Shown: positions 1 to 11,388, numbered from the stretch's first letter. The stretch is DNA of 64,000 nucleotides from an uncultured Planctomycetota bacterium (GCA_963849325.1 CAWKHF010000005.1:32001-96000), one strand, 5' to 3'. Program-made: numbers and translations. Notes: a model not told the origin generated them from the sequence alone.

Positions 1-1080
1 TGCCACGCCTTCGTCACGCAGCCATTGTTTGACGGGCCGGTAGGCAGGCTGGTTCATCACTCTCTCCGCGTGCAGTATGAAATCATTGCAGTGCGTGATT
101 CCGCCGGCAAATATCAACCCTGTCTGACCAAGAAAACGTTCAGTCGTGTCTGGATGACTGCCGGTCAAGTACGCCTTGATGATGGCCTGGTTGCGAGCCT
201 CCTGGTTCAGTAATTGCTCCAATTGCCTATTGGTGAGAGGATGTCCTTGCTGCTGTTCGAGAAACTCTCTAGCTTTGGCGAGGTTGATGACATCCTTACC
301 GCGGAGGTGTGTCTTCAGAACAATCGGCCTGACGTGGCACAGGTCTCCTCGCTCGATGGCAGTATTGAGCGGCAGGTGGTAATAGCAGTGCCCCAGCTTG
401 TTAGCGACCGTTTTGTCCGTCGAGTATTCCGGCGTGGCAGTGACACCGAGCTGGATGGCTCCTTTGAACTTATCGACGGCAGCCGGCCCGAATTTGGGAC
501 CGGTCAGGTAATGCGCTTCGTCGTGGATCACGAGCCCAAAATCGGCTGGGTTGTGTATCCGTTGCTCCTTTGACTTTCTCTGATCTGCGGCTTGGCCCTG
601 ATAGGTCGTGATGAGAACTTTCGGTTTATTCTGGGCACCGTGCCGACGGGTGTAATGAATGTCGATCTGGCTGTTCGTCCAGTCGATTTCCCTGCCGCAG
701 TCGTCATCTGCTTGCATTCGTTTGGCAACATCGGGCATGAAGTCAGCGAAGGACTGCGCGGTCTGGATCACTAGGTCGGTGGTTGGTTCATGGATCAGGA
801 CGCGGGGTGCGTCAGGGATATTCTCTGTTGCTCGGAGATAGCAGCCGATGATGGCGATAAACAGGGCGGTTTTGCCGACGCCGGTGGGTATTTCATAGTA
901 GCCTTCGCGATGGTCGGCCTTGATGCCATTGAGGTAAGCGTCAAACGCCTCCCGCTGCGTTCCTTCAAACAATTCTCTGCCGGAGTCGGGGAATCTGTAA
1001 CCGCCGTGCTTGAACGCTTGCAGTTCCGTAATGAACGCTTCCGCAATCTGCTTGTGTGATCTGTGAGACGGTCTCGGCAT
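1..1080 (-). CDS. SF2 DEAD/DEAH-box helicase (ResIII-like), 3' end beyond window
   Basis: Manual translation from ATG 1080 is open for 360 codons: MPRPSHRSHK..., motif I EIPTGVGKT, VLITTYQ, motif II VIHDEAH, motif III GVTATP, GLIFA. Not in ORF track because no stop lies in the window. Confidence 0.9.
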   Translation of the reverse strand, partial: MPRPSHRSHKQIAEAFITELQAFKHGGYRFPDSGRELFEGTQREAFDAYLNGIKADHREGYYEIPTGVGKTALFIAIIGCYLRATENIPDAPRVLIHEPTTDLVIQTAQSFADFMPDVAKRMQADDDCGREIDWTNSQIDIHYTRRHGAQNKPKVLITTYQGQAADQRKSKEQRIHNPADFGLVIHDEAHYLTGPKFGPAAVDKFKGAIQLGVTATPEYSTDKTVANKLGHCYYHLPLNTAIERGDLCHVRPIVLKTHLRGKDVINLAKAREFLEQQQGHPLTNRQLEQLLNQEARNQAIIKAYLTGSHPDTTERFLGQTGLIFAGGITHCNDFILHAERVMNQPAYRPVKQWLRDEGVA

Positions 1081-1375
1081 CCAACGGCGTAACAGTTATT
1101 AGTCCACGCCGTTTAGAATAGCGCATAAACGCTTTCAAAGAGGTTAATGGCAGGTAAGTCAATGTGACTTGCACCAGGGCGCTGGAGGGGGCGGTAGCCG
1201 TCGCGTACTCGCGACCGAGCGTATGCGGAGCCCAGAGGCACCCGGTCGCCTGGATGGCGAGGTGCCCGAAAAAGCACGTCAGCCTTGGACGGAAACAAAA
1301 ACCATCACCCCAAACCAGGTGTCCAGGAGATGCTGGCAAGTGGAGACCGCAAAAAGCTGGGACGAGCAGTAAAAT

Positions 1376-1420
1376 CCCTACCCCTAGGGGGGTGGCGTGG
1401 AGGTGACATAGCGGTGACAA
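1376..1420. other. candidate oriT
   Basis: Palindrome CCCCTAGGGG followed by GGTGGCGTGGAGGTGACATAGC, resembling MOBF nic regions, about 100 bp upstream of the relaxase. Confidence 0.35.
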
Positions 1421-1517
1421 TGCGAATGTAAGAACCAGAGAAAACCGGGGCTGGCCGCGGTGGACCGCAGCATCGTTAAGAATGCGTTAACGAAATCGTG
1501 CTATTCTAAAATTAGGC

Positions 1518-4189
1518 ATGATCCGAATCACGCAACAGGATAATGCCAGGTCAGCCAAGTCGTACTACACGGCCGGCGATTATTACAGCGAAGGCCAGGA
1601 AATCATCGGCCTTTGGGGAGGCAAGGCCGCGTCCATGCTCGGGCTCGAAGGGACGGTGGATAAGTTCTCATTCGAGCGTCTGTGCGACAATCTCCATCCT
1701 AAAACCGGCGAACACCTGACGATGCGGACGCGCACTGAACGGCGTGTCGGCTATGACTTCACCTTCTCGGTGCCCAAGTCGGTGTCGCTGCTCTACACGC
1801 TGAGCGGCGATCAGGACATCATGGAAGCATTCCGTGGGGCGGTCGATGAGACGATGCGGGAGATTGAGAAGGAGATGAAAACCCGCGTGCGGAAGAAAGG
1901 CCAGGACACGGACCGCACCACGGGCAACATGGTTTGGGCGGAGTTCATTCACACCACGTCGCGGCCGGTGGACGGCCTTCCCGACCCGCAGCTTCACGCC
2001 CATGTCTTTGTGTTCAATACGACCTGGGACAAGGAAGAGGACCACTGGAAGGCGGGCCAGTTTGCCGAGATCAAGCGGGATGCTCCATATTTCCAGGCGG
2101 CGTTCCGCGTCCGGCTGGCGAATCGGCTCCAGGGCCTGGGTTTAGGTATTGAACGCAAGCGGGATGATTTCGAGGTCGCCGGGATTCCGAAGGATGTGCT
2201 GAAACGCTTCTCGCGGCGAACGGCACTGATCGAGAAGGTGGCGGAGGAGCGTGGCATCACCGATGCGCGCCGCAAGGACGTGCTTGGCGCCGAGACGCGC
2301 GAAAAGAAGGCGAAGCCCCTGAGCCTTTCGTCACTGCGGAAGGAATGGAATGCACGGCTGAGCGACAGCGAACGCGACGCGGTTGCAAGCGTCCATCGCC
2401 GCGAGCATGCACCCGAGATACCGGAGCGTGGCGAGAAACTGGCGGTGGACCATGCCATCGGGCATTGCTTCGTCCGTGAGGCAGTGGTGCCCGAACGCAA
2501 GATCGTGACCGAGGCCCTGAAGCGTGGGCTGGGCACGGTGACGGTCGCCGGGGTGCAAGGTGAAGTGAACTCCCGGCCGCTGATAAGCAGCGAAATCACA
2601 GGCCGGAAAATGGCAACCACGACCGAAATGCTGGGCCTGGAGTCGCGGCTGATCGAATTCGCCCGCAGCGGCCGTGGGCGTTGCCGCCCGCTGGCCGACC
2701 CGAACCGCCCCATCTCCCGCGACTGGTTCAATGAAGGGCAGAAGGCAGCGGTCCGGCATGTCCTGGGCTCCCGCGACCGCGTGATGGTTATCCGTGGCGC
2801 GGCGGGAACCGGCAAAACGACGCTGGAACAGGAAATCGGCGAAGCGTTGGCTGAGGCTGGGCGGCCGGTCGTCGCCCTGGCCCAGTCGGTCAAGGCCAGC
2901 CGCGAGGTGCTTCGCGAGGAAGCAGGCTTTGCCAATGCGGACACTATTGCCCGGTTCCTGAAGGACGAGCAGATGCAACTTAGCGCAAAAGGTGGAGTCA
3001 TCCTGGTGGACGAGGTTAGCCAGGTCGGCACGCGGGACATGCTGAAGATATTCGGCGTCGCCGAAGCGGTGGTGCGCGCGTCCTTCTCGTGGGGGACCGC
3101 CGGCAGCATCGCAGCGTGTCGGCGGGCGAGCCGCTCAAGCTGCTGGAAGACCTGGCTGGCTTGCCGGTTGCCGAGGTCACGGAGATCCTGCGTCAGCAGG
3201 GCGACTACAAGAAAGCGGCGGAATACTTGAGCGATGGCCGCGTGGGCGAAGCGTTCGAGGAACTGGACAAGCTCGGCTGGGTCAGGCAAGTGCCCGATGC
3301 TGAACGCTTCCAGCAGCTCTCCGCCTGTTATCTCGCGGCGGTGGCTGAGAAGAAACGCAATGGGGAGCAAAAGACGGCGCTCGTCGTGACGCCGACGCAC
3401 GCTGAGGCTGATCGCATCACGGGTGCGATTCGCGCCGGGCTCAAGGAAAAGGGCACGCTCGGCAAGGAACGCATCATCAACGTCTGGCTCGCGACCCACC
3501 TGACGGAAGCGGAGAAAACGGACCCGACGCAATATGATCCGGGGGACATGCTCCAGTTCCATGAAAATGCGAAAGGCCATACGAAGGGATCGCGGCTGGT
3601 CCTGGGCGAGGGCGACGTGCCGCCGACCGAACTGGCCGCGCGCTTCGAGGTTTACAGGCCGGGACAGCTTGCGCTGGCGGCGGGTGATCGTATCAGGGTC
3701 ACCGCTGGCGCGAAGACCAGGGACGGCCATCGCCTGAGCAACGGGTCGCTGTTCACGGTGCAGGGATTCACGAAGCGCGGTGATATTATCGTTGATCGCG
3801 GCTGGGTGATCGACCGGGATTTTGGCCATCTCACACAGGGCTACGTTGTTACGAGCTATGCGAGTGAAGGGTCCACCGTGGACAAGGAATTCGTCGGCAT
3901 GTCCAGTGAATCCTTCCCAGCGACAAACCAGCGGACGACGTATGTCGCCCTGACGCGCGGACGGGAACAGGTCACTGTATTCACGGACGACAGGGCAGCA
4001 CTACTGAAGGCCATGAGCCGCCCGGACGATCCCATGTCTGCGACACAGCTTGCCGAATCCACGAACGGCCAAGCCGTATCGCGGAATGGCCCAGCCTTCG
4101 GCCGCAGGCACGCGGTCCCGGCGGTGCACGTAATGCAGCCAAATACGGAGAGACGTTTGCCCGAAAGGGGGCTGGATCATGAGCGATGA
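1518..4189 (+). CDS. MOBF (TrwC-like) relaxase-helicase, frameshift near 3075
   Basis: YY..GDYYSEG tyrosines, GYDFTFSVPKSVS, HTTSR..DPQLHAH HUH motif, GAAGTGKT, VDE, GDRRQH, YVALTRGR; ORFs 1518-3230 and 3089-4189 join. Confidence 0.93.
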
Positions 4190-4691
4190 AAAGCTTACCC
4201 ATCAGGAACGGCTGAAGCGGGCGTTCAATACGCAGGGTCAGTCCGGAGGCCCACAGAAGGAAGCGGAAGGTGAAGAAACGGAAGTCTCCTGCGGGGCGTT
4301 CGGCTATCTGCGCGGCATCCGCGATCTGCCAGGCTCCGTCGAGTTCCGCTTTCGCGATGGAAACAGCGCGTGGTTCCCCTATGGCTGGCTGGGACCGTGG
4401 AAATTCAACCCCTCCGAGGGCTTGCTGCTCAAGTTCTCCGGGGATCTCGTTTACCTTGTCCTCATTCGCGGCAGCAACCTGGACAAGCCTCTCAACGAGG
4501 GGGCGATCAACCTGACCACGGGCGGTCTGCAACGTAACCGGATCGTGTGGGTTCGCGAAATGAGCGAAGCGGACATCCGCCAGGTCGGTGACAGCGGGCC
4601 TACAATCGACAGTATTCAGGTCTGTGAGTTTGAGACCCAGGCCGCGCTCAGGGAATGGCTGACGCAGAATGCCCCGGCGTTCGTGCCGTGA
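4179..4691 (+). CDS. hypothetical protein coupled to relaxase
   Basis: 170-aa ORF overlapping relaxase stop; protein-like composition. Confidence 0.7.
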   Translation: MSDEKLTHQERLKRAFNTQGQSGGPQKEAEGEETEVSCGAFGYLRGIRDLPGSVEFRFRDGNSAWFPYGWLGPWKFNPSEGLLLKFSGDLVYLVLIRGSNLDKPLNEGAINLTTGGLQRNRIVWVREMSEADIRQVGDSGPTIDSIQVCEFETQAALREWLTQNAPAFVP

Positions 4692-4696
4692 TTTCA

Positions 4697-5086
4697 TCAA
4701 CTGTGCGGCTCCGCCTGCGGCATCAAAAAGTGTGGGAGGTATTCTGGTTCATCCCATGTCCTTGTCCAGGGTGCGGCCGCTCTGCTCAACGCTTGCTCAA
4801 ATGCTTTGTCCTCGGTGGGAGAGAACAGAGTGCGCGAAAGAAATGTGTGGATGCGATTCACAACACCTTTCATCAGTGTCTTCATTTCCTCCTGGTCGAT
4901 GTGTGATACCTCATTCCAGGGAATCTCCCGGCCTTCGGCATCAATGACCTTCACGTCGGAGTAGTCACCCGACCGGGTAACCGGCGTAATACCGGCATGG
5001 ATTTTCTCAAGGTAACCGCGCCGCACGCAGGCGGCGGCCATTAGCTTGGCGATTTCGGCCTGCGCTTGTTTAGGGCTGAATGTCAT
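4697..5086 (-). CDS. hypothetical protein
   Basis: ORF MTFSPKQAQAEIAK... with GGAG RBS, downstream of integrase. Confidence 0.6.
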   Translation of the reverse strand: MTFSPKQAQAEIAKLMAAACVRRGYLEKIHAGITPVTRSGDYSDVKVIDAEGREIPWNEVSHIDQEEMKTLMKGVVNRIHTFLSRTLFSPTEDKAFEQALSRAAAPWTRTWDEPEYLPHFLMPQAEPHS

Positions 5087-5181
5087 GGGCCTCTCCACTC
5101 TTGTGTCTGGAGAAGGATAGCACGATGGAATGGAACATACACGCCTTTCTGATTCGTGGGGGCTGAGACCGACAGCTCGGT

Positions 5182-6376
5182 TCAACGCGTCGGCGGCTTC
5201 TTGACTGCGATTTCATCGAGATAGTCTGCCCACCATTGCATCATCTCGCGGCGCTCCGATAGGTACTGGGCGTGATTGTAGGCGGCCCGGACGCTATTCC
5301 GTTCGCTGTGAGCGAGTTGACGTTCTATGACATCCGCCCGGAAACCGTGCTCGTTCAGGATAGTGCTGGCCGTGCTGCGGAATCCGTGCCCCGTGGTGCG
5401 GGAATGGTAGCCCATGCGATAGAGCGCATAGAGCATAGTGTTCTCGCTCATGAATGTCGCGGGATTGTGCTCGTTCGGGAAGAGATAGGGACGGTTGCTT
5501 GAATGCTTCTGGAGTTCTCGGAGAACAGCAATTGCTTGTTTCGACAGGGGCACGATATGGAGTTCGTTCATCTTCATGCGTTCCGCCGGAATTCGCCAGT
5601 CCGCCTTGTCCCAGTCGATCTCCATCCATTGTGCTCCCCGAAGCTCCTGGGTGCGGACGAAGGTGAGCAGCAGGAGTCGGAGGCGCTAGCCTAGTCTGGA
5701 CACTGCCGTCATAGCGCTCCAGCTTTTTCAGGTACTCCGGCAGGTCGCTGGCTTTCAGGAACGAGTAATGCTTGGCAACCGGAGCCTTTAACGCTCCGCG
5801 CAGGTCGGGGACTGGGTTGCGTTCGGCCCGCCCAGTAGCAATGGCATACATGAAGACTTGCCCGCAAATCTGCATGACACGCCGGGCGGTTTCCAGGTTG
5901 CCTTTTGCCTCGACGACCCTGGCCATTTCCAGCACCTCCGGCGGAGTGATCTCGGTTACCGGCCTTTCCCCCAGCTTCGGAAGGATATGTTGTTCCAAGC
6001 GGGCAAGCATGGTTTTGGCGGAGCGTGGCGCCCATTCGTGCGCGCGTTTCTCATACCATTCGCGGGCAATGGTCTCGAACGCATTGGCGCTGTGCAGGAC
6101 GGTCAGCCGCTTAACCTCTTTCTTTGCCTCCCCAGGGTCCTTGCCGGCGGCCAGCAGTTTGCGGGCTTGCGCCCGCCGGTCGCGCGCGTCGCCCAGGCTA
6201 ATCTCCGGATACACACCGAGAGCCAGGAGCTTTTCCTTGCCAGCAATGAAATATCGCAGCCGCCAGTATTTGCTGCCGGATGGCGTGATAACCAGGAAAA
6301 GCCCTTCGCCGTCGGCGATTTTGTAAGGCTTGTTTTTCGGTTTGGCGTTGCGCACCTTGGCATCCGAGAGCGACAT
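5182..6376 (-). CDS. P4-like tyrosine integrase, frameshift near 5690
   Basis: Arm-binding N-terminus MSLSDAKVRNAKP..DGEGL..SGSKYWRLRY; C-terminal HGFRSTAST, QLAH, AAYNHAQY. Confidence 0.92.
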
Positions 6377-6539
6377 GGGGTACATCCTGATGTTGGTGGG
6401 GTATTGGTCCGAGAAATGTACCCCGAAATCTGGCTGGATGTCAATAAGCTTGAATGGGCGCGGTTGATCGACCGGCTCGGCGAAAGTGGCTGTCAGCCTT
6501 GATTGTGTCGATGTGGATGGACGCGGTTGGCCAGGGATT

Positions 6540-6554
6540 TGGCGACCCCTACGG
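6540..6554 (-). other. att core resembling a tRNA 3' end (CCGTAGGGGTCGCCA)
   Basis: Acceptor-stem+CCA-like 15-mer between int and alpA; TACCCC motifs on both sides (about 6377-6424 and 6619-6637). Confidence 0.6.
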
Positions 6555-6710
6555 TCTTCACATTGATGAAATAACCGATTGTAGTATTGACCATATCTTA
6601 TGATGCGAGAAATGGAGATACCCCGGTTTTGTACCCCTAACTCTAATTAGGAGTGAGAAAGCGATATGCCAAGGCATAACACGTTGAGCAAAAAGGCGCA
6701 AGAGATGCTG

Positions 6711-6914
6711 TTAAGGTTTTGATTTTATGGCCGATAGGTGGTTGATAAGCTCCCGGATGTCCTCGGCCCGCCAGGCGGTGCATCGCGGTGATAACTTGAC
6801 TGGTTCCGGATACCGCCCGGATTTCACTCCATTCCACCAGCTGCTCTTGCTGATAGGAATGACGGCTAGAATCTGCGGCAATCGCAAGAAGCCTGTTTCT
6901 GGAATGTCGTACAT
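6711..6914 (-). CDS. alpA: AlpA family regulator/excisionase
   Basis: GFLRLPQILAVIPISKSSWWNGVKSGRYPEPVKLSPRCTAWR. Confidence 0.9.
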   Translation of the reverse strand: MYDIPETGFLRLPQILAVIPISKSSWWNGVKSGRYPEPVKLSPRCTAWRAEDIRELINHLSAIKSKP

Positions 6915-8101
6915 GTAGAAACCTATCTTTATTTCAACTCCTAATTGTAGCACGATTGATAACCGAATGTCTCGGAGAATCGCACTGGCAGCCGGTTTTC
7001 GCGATTTGTGCGGCGCAGCAAAGCGGGCGCTACTGCGACAGGGAAACCGGAGTCCCTGTCGGCTGTTCTGCCCGTGGTAGAGGTCTTCGCGACGGCGACC
7101 ACTGGCTGCCACAGGTCGTTGCGTTCCCAGAGGATAATCGGGAGCAGCGACGAAAGGAGAGGGCGATAGCAATGGCAAACGATGCACGGGCAGCGTCTGA
7201 GGTCGGAGGGACGACTTCCGCCCTCAATCGGTGAAGCACCTCGCCGTGACAAAAACGGCGTGGTCTTTCGCCGGCTGAACCGCTACCCCGGATATGACGA
7301 TGCCGCTACCGGCGCGATAGCGCCGACTACCGCAATGTACAGTGGGAAGGGCAGCTCGACGAGTACGTCAACACTGCTTTCTCGGGAAACCACATTGCGC
7401 CGCACACGATCGAAGTCGCCGCCGTATGGGCGCTTACGGCGAGCTTTTTCTGCGTCATTCCCTGCGATTTCATCCTTGCCTCCCGTTTTCCGCTCTTGAT
7501 GGGAGCAGGGGTAGTCGGCGTATGCTTTTATAATGGAGGAGAAGGCGGGACGAACGCTAAGGTGAGTCGAGGACGCAGGTTAACGCCGGCGCCTTGATTC
7601 TTCCCTCCCCCAAAACTAGAGTCCGCAAGGGTCCAGGCGGACCAAAAAGTCCCCAGAAATTCCTGAAACCGAGAAAAGCGATCCCAGGGTCGCCCTGTGG
7701 AGCGTTCGCGCCTGGGGGTGCGCTACTCGTGGCGACGACGGCGACGAGAAGAACATCAAGAAGCGCATGAAGAAGGACATCGAGTGCCAGCAAAACCTGA
7801 CGGTCCGGAGAATCGCGGGAAGATTTCACGCTCGTGCCGCCGGAAACCCCAGAAAAACGCAAGCGACAGCGGGGTGACCTGCTGCCCGTGAGCAGCAGGG
7901 TCTCTCGGGACGTTGGTAAGGGCCATCGGGCATCGTCCTAAGGGCGGCTTGCGATGGGTCAGGACCACGCTAGGCCGGGGACAGGGAAGCGTTGGAGCGA
8001 TCCCCAAGGGGCAGGAGCGTCTGCGTCTTCATCCCCTGCGTGAAAAAGTTTGGAAAATCCAGCGAGGAAGATGTCCGGATACGGGTAGGAGGACAAACAT
8101 C

Positions 8102-8956
8102 ATGACTCAGTGGCAAATGAAATACGTGAAACCACAGGACATTGTGGTCAAGGAACAAGTCCGCAAGGAAATCGACCCAAAGAAGCAGGAGGAACTGAAC
8201 GTCTCCGTAAAGGCACACGGCATCCTACAGCCTTTGCTGGTGACCGTTCTCATGGTTCTCCTCGCCGGGCACCGCCGGCTCATCGCGGCCCTGGCCGCAG
8301 GGCTTGAAGCCGTTCCCGTCATCATCACGGACCGCGTTCTTTCTGACAGCGAAATCCGGGTGATCCAGTTGACCGAGAACATGCACCGCGCCGACCTCAA
8401 GCCAATCGAGCAGGTCGAGGGGGTGGAGGAAGTCGCCAGGCTCAACCCTGGGATGACCAACAAGGACTTGGCCAAGCTGCTCGGCTTCGAGGCCAGCATG
8501 ATAACCCGCCTGCGGTCGGTATCCAAAGTCACTCCTGCCGTGCGTGAAGCGTTTGCGGCCGGCAAGATCGGGCTGAGCACCGTCTACGCGATCAGCAAGT
8601 GCGAAGCGCTGGCCGACCAGGAGCAGATGCTTGCCCAGGCCCTGTCCGGCGCCAGCCGCGACACCATCGAGCAGGTGGGCCAGAGAAACCGCAAGGGGAA
8701 GTCGGCCAAGGACGAGGCTGGCAAAACCGCCAAGGTTCACTGCCTGCTGCCTACCGGGGTGCAGATCACTGTCAGCGGCAAGGGTTTGTCCCTGGGATCG
8801 GCAATCGACGCGCTGATTGACGGGATTAAGGAGATGCGGGCAGCCAAGGCCAACGGCTACACCGCCAAGACGTTCGCCGCTTCCATGAAGGACAAGGCAA
8901 GGGCGAAGCAGGCTAAGGCAAACGCAACAGCAACAGAAAACGAGGCGAAAGGATAA
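8102..8956 (+). CDS. parB: ParB/RepB/Spo0J family protein
   Basis: AGGAGG RBS; GILQPLLV, AGHRRL, ENMHRADL, HTH; no parA nearby. Confidence 0.85.
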   Translation: MTQWQMKYVKPQDIVVKEQVRKEIDPKKQEELNVSVKAHGILQPLLVTVLMVLLAGHRRLIAALAAGLEAVPVIITDRVLSDSEIRVIQLTENMHRADLKPIEQVEGVEEVARLNPGMTNKDLAKLLGFEASMITRLRSVSKVTPAVREAFAAGKIGLSTVYAISKCEALADQEQMLAQALSGASRDTIEQVGQRNRKGKSAKDEAGKTAKVHCLLPTGVQITVSGKGLSLGSAIDALIDGIKEMRAAKANGYTAKTFAASMKDKARAKQAKANATATENEAKG

Positions 8957-8959
8957 ATC

Positions 8960-9145
8960 ATGGTGCGCATCCGGCATGACATCGCTTGGGCAACGACGCT
9001 ACGCATCCTGGAGATATTTAATCTCCGCCCGGAGGAACAACACGAGGCGTTCCCGGTGGTGTACGAGCACGTCAGGGACGGACTGCTCGCTTATGAGAAG
9101 GAAACAAAGGACCTTCTTCACCGGCGGAGACTACTTAGCAACTGA
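8960..9145 (+). CDS. small hypothetical protein
   Basis: 61-aa ORF tightly packed between parB and coupling protein. Confidence 0.6.
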   Translation: MVRIRHDIAWATTLRILEIFNLRPEEQHEAFPVVYEHVRDGLLAYEKETKDLLHRRRLLSN

Positions 9146-9186
9146 GGCACAAAGACACTCCGGCATAGCCGGATGGAGACATTCCC

Positions 9187-10782
9187 ATGCGTCCGAGCAC
9201 TGACGACCAGATTATTTCCCTGTTCATCATCGCTGCTGTCGTGGCCATCATCTTTTTCCGCCACCGCCGCTGGCGTGGATCTGGAACGGCCTTCGGGACA
9301 TCGGCATTTATGAGCGACAAGGCGCTTCGTGCCGCCGGGATGCTGACTGGCACAGGGCTTGTCCTGGGACGCACCTTCAAGGGCGAACTCATTCGTCTGC
9401 GTGACTATTTTGCCGTCCTACTCTGCGGCACCCCAGGATCGGGTAAGGGAATCGGAATCATCATCCCTAACCTGCTTGCCTATCGGCGTGGCTCGATCAT
9501 GGTTTTCGACACCAAAGGCGATCTCTACGAGACGACGGCGGGACCACGTGCCGCCTGGGGAGAATGCATCCGCCGGCTTGCACCGTTCAACGGAGGTGAG
9601 GACGCATTTAACCCTCTTGACACGATTCCCAGTGACAGCCCGACGCTCGTGGACTCGGCACGCGCGCTTGCAGAGGCGCTGGTAGTTCGCCAGGGAACGG
9701 AGCCCGATCCCTATTGGAACGACAAGTCCGTCCAGGTGATTTGCGCCGTACTGGTCCTCGTACTGCTGCGGTTCACGGGCGAAGACCGCAACCTTAGCAC
9801 GGTACAGGAAATTGTAAGCGATCCCGACCTGTTGAAAGCCGCGTCCAGCATGCTGCAAGACATTGGTGGCATTCCCGGACGGCTTGGGGCGCAGTTGAAA
9901 ACTCATTTCGACAAAGCGACCTCGGCATTAACCAAGGAAGGCACCAGCGTGTTGGGCTGTGTAACCCGCCATTTATCTTTCCTGGATTCAGAGCTGGTTG
10001 CAAAGGCCATTGCCAGCAGTACGTTCGACCCGGCTGAGTTGCGTAAGCCTGGCATCACGCTGTTCTTGCAGATACCTCCCGACCAGCTGGAAGCCCAGAA
10101 AGGGTTGCTTCGCTGCTGGGTTACCGCCCTGGTGCGCGTGATAGGCGCTGTCGGCGATGAGCGGGACGGTGAAACCCTGTTCCTGCTGGACGAAGCGTCG
10201 GCGCTGGGCTCACTCCCGGCAATCGAAGAAGCGATGGTACGCGGACGTAGCGCGGGTATCCGGCTGCTCATGGCGTACCAGTCGGACAGCCAGATTACCA
10301 CGGCCTTCAAAGGTAAGCCCAGCCTGCTTTACGATAATTGTTCCGCGCAAATCTACCTCGGCGCTCCCAGCAGTTACGAGACCGCTGAGCGACTTTCTAA
10401 GTCTCTAGGGGCCTGGACACAGGTTATCGAACAGTACAGCGAAAACGAATCGCACTCGTGGCAGGCGGGCTCCATGTCGTCGGAGGGCGGCCAGGCGAGC
10501 CGTGGCAGTTCCCTGAGCTACTCGGAAACCGAGAGATCCCTCAAACGGCCAGAAGAGCTACTTCAACAAAGCAACGATCGCGTCATCGTGCTGCAACGCG
10601 GAAGCTTGCCAATCCTGGCGAACCGCGTGAAGTGGTACGCGGACCCGGAGTTCAATCCCGCATTGCCACGGCAACGCAAGCCTTGGTTCCGGTGGAACAC
10701 TGTGGGCTGGCAATGGCGGCTATGGGCAGCAGGCGTCCTCGCCTTGATCCTGTTGGGCCTGATTAACAGGTCGAATCACTGA
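9187..10782 (+). CDS. virD4: type IV coupling protein, TraG/VirD4 family
   Basis: N-terminal TM, GTPGSGKGIGIIIPNLL, DTKGDL, FNPLD, FLLDEA, GRSAGI..YQS. Confidence 0.92.
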   Translation: MRPSTDDQIISLFIIAAVVAIIFFRHRRWRGSGTAFGTSAFMSDKALRAAGMLTGTGLVLGRTFKGELIRLRDYFAVLLCGTPGSGKGIGIIIPNLLAYRRGSIMVFDTKGDLYETTAGPRAAWGECIRRLAPFNGGEDAFNPLDTIPSDSPTLVDSARALAEALVVRQGTEPDPYWNDKSVQVICAVLVLVLLRFTGEDRNLSTVQEIVSDPDLLKAASSMLQDIGGIPGRLGAQLKTHFDKATSALTKEGTSVLGCVTRHLSFLDSELVAKAIASSTFDPAELRKPGITLFLQIPPDQLEAQKGLLRCWVTALVRVIGAVGDERDGETLFLLDEASALGSLPAIEEAMVRGRSAGIRLLMAYQSDSQITTAFKGKPSLLYDNCSAQIYLGAPSSYETAERLSKSLGAWTQVIEQYSENESHSWQAGSMSSEGGQASRGSSLSYSETERSLKRPEELLQQSNDRVIVLQRGSLPILANRVKWYADPEFNPALPRQRKPWFRWNTVGWQWRLWAAGVLALILLGLINRSNH

Positions 10783-10811
10783 GGCAACAACAACACGAAA
10801 GGAGGTGCGAA

Positions 10812-11132
10812 ATGGCTCGGAAGATTGGTGAAGGGCACGTGGCAGCAATGGCCCGGCTGGGCCTCAAGGAACTGCGCAACGCGCTCAATCCGTCGCGTGA
10901 AAGCGTGGCCGACAACGAAATCGGCTTGGTCGGCACTGCAACGCAAGGGGAGATCGCCGATGCGCGGGACGGCCCCGGAAAAGGCTCGAACCAGGAATCG
11001 CGCGTCGGAAACGTGAGCCTTAATGATCTTCGTGCCTATGCGAAGGAGCTTTCGCAGGCCGAGGAGAGAAGCCGGGAACAAAGCAGAGAGCAAGTTCAGG
11101 AACGTGATCGAGGCGGGCACGAATTGGAGTAG
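10812..11132 (+). CDS. hypothetical protein with SLxDLR...ELE tail
   Basis: GGAGG RBS; charged C-terminus. Confidence 0.75.
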   Translation: MARKIGEGHVAAMARLGLKELRNALNPSRESVADNEIGLVGTATQGEIADARDGPGKGSNQESRVGNVSLNDLRAYAKELSQAEERSREQSREQVQERDRGGHELE

Positions 11133-11170
11133 TGTCCGTTCAACCATAACTCGCCCACAAGGAGTTCGCT

Positions 11171-11323
11171 ATGTCCGGTGATTACTTTTTGTTTCTGGTC
11201 GTCTTCGTGAGTCTAGCCCTCATCGGCTTCCGCAAGTTTATGCGAAACGTCGATCCCGAAGGCAAGATCACAACGACTACGCGGGACGGCATCGTCGGGA
11301 AGATCGGCAAGTGGCTGTCGTAA
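11171..11323 (+). CDS. 50-aa single-TM peptide A
   Basis: AAGGAG RBS; MSGDYFLFLVVFVSLALIGFRKFMRNVDPEGKITTTTRDGIVGKIGKWLS; paralog of B; below ORF-track size cutoff. Confidence 0.8.
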   Translation: MSGDYFLFLVVFVSLALIGFRKFMRNVDPEGKITTTTRDGIVGKIGKWLS

Positions 11324-11388
11324 CTGTGCGGCGGGGGCGCGCGCCCCTGCTGTTCTTCAACCTCAATTTCGCCCAGAAGGAGTTTCTT

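Noticed and set aside
1994-3829. Long antisense ORFs (also 27642-29048, 52942-54381, 60695-62377)
   Set aside because: Shadows of real genes in GC-rich DNA, with no motifs
7325-7475. XRE-like repressor fragment MKSQGMTQKKLA on minus strand
   Set aside because: Similarity lasts only about 20 residues; cannot support a gene call
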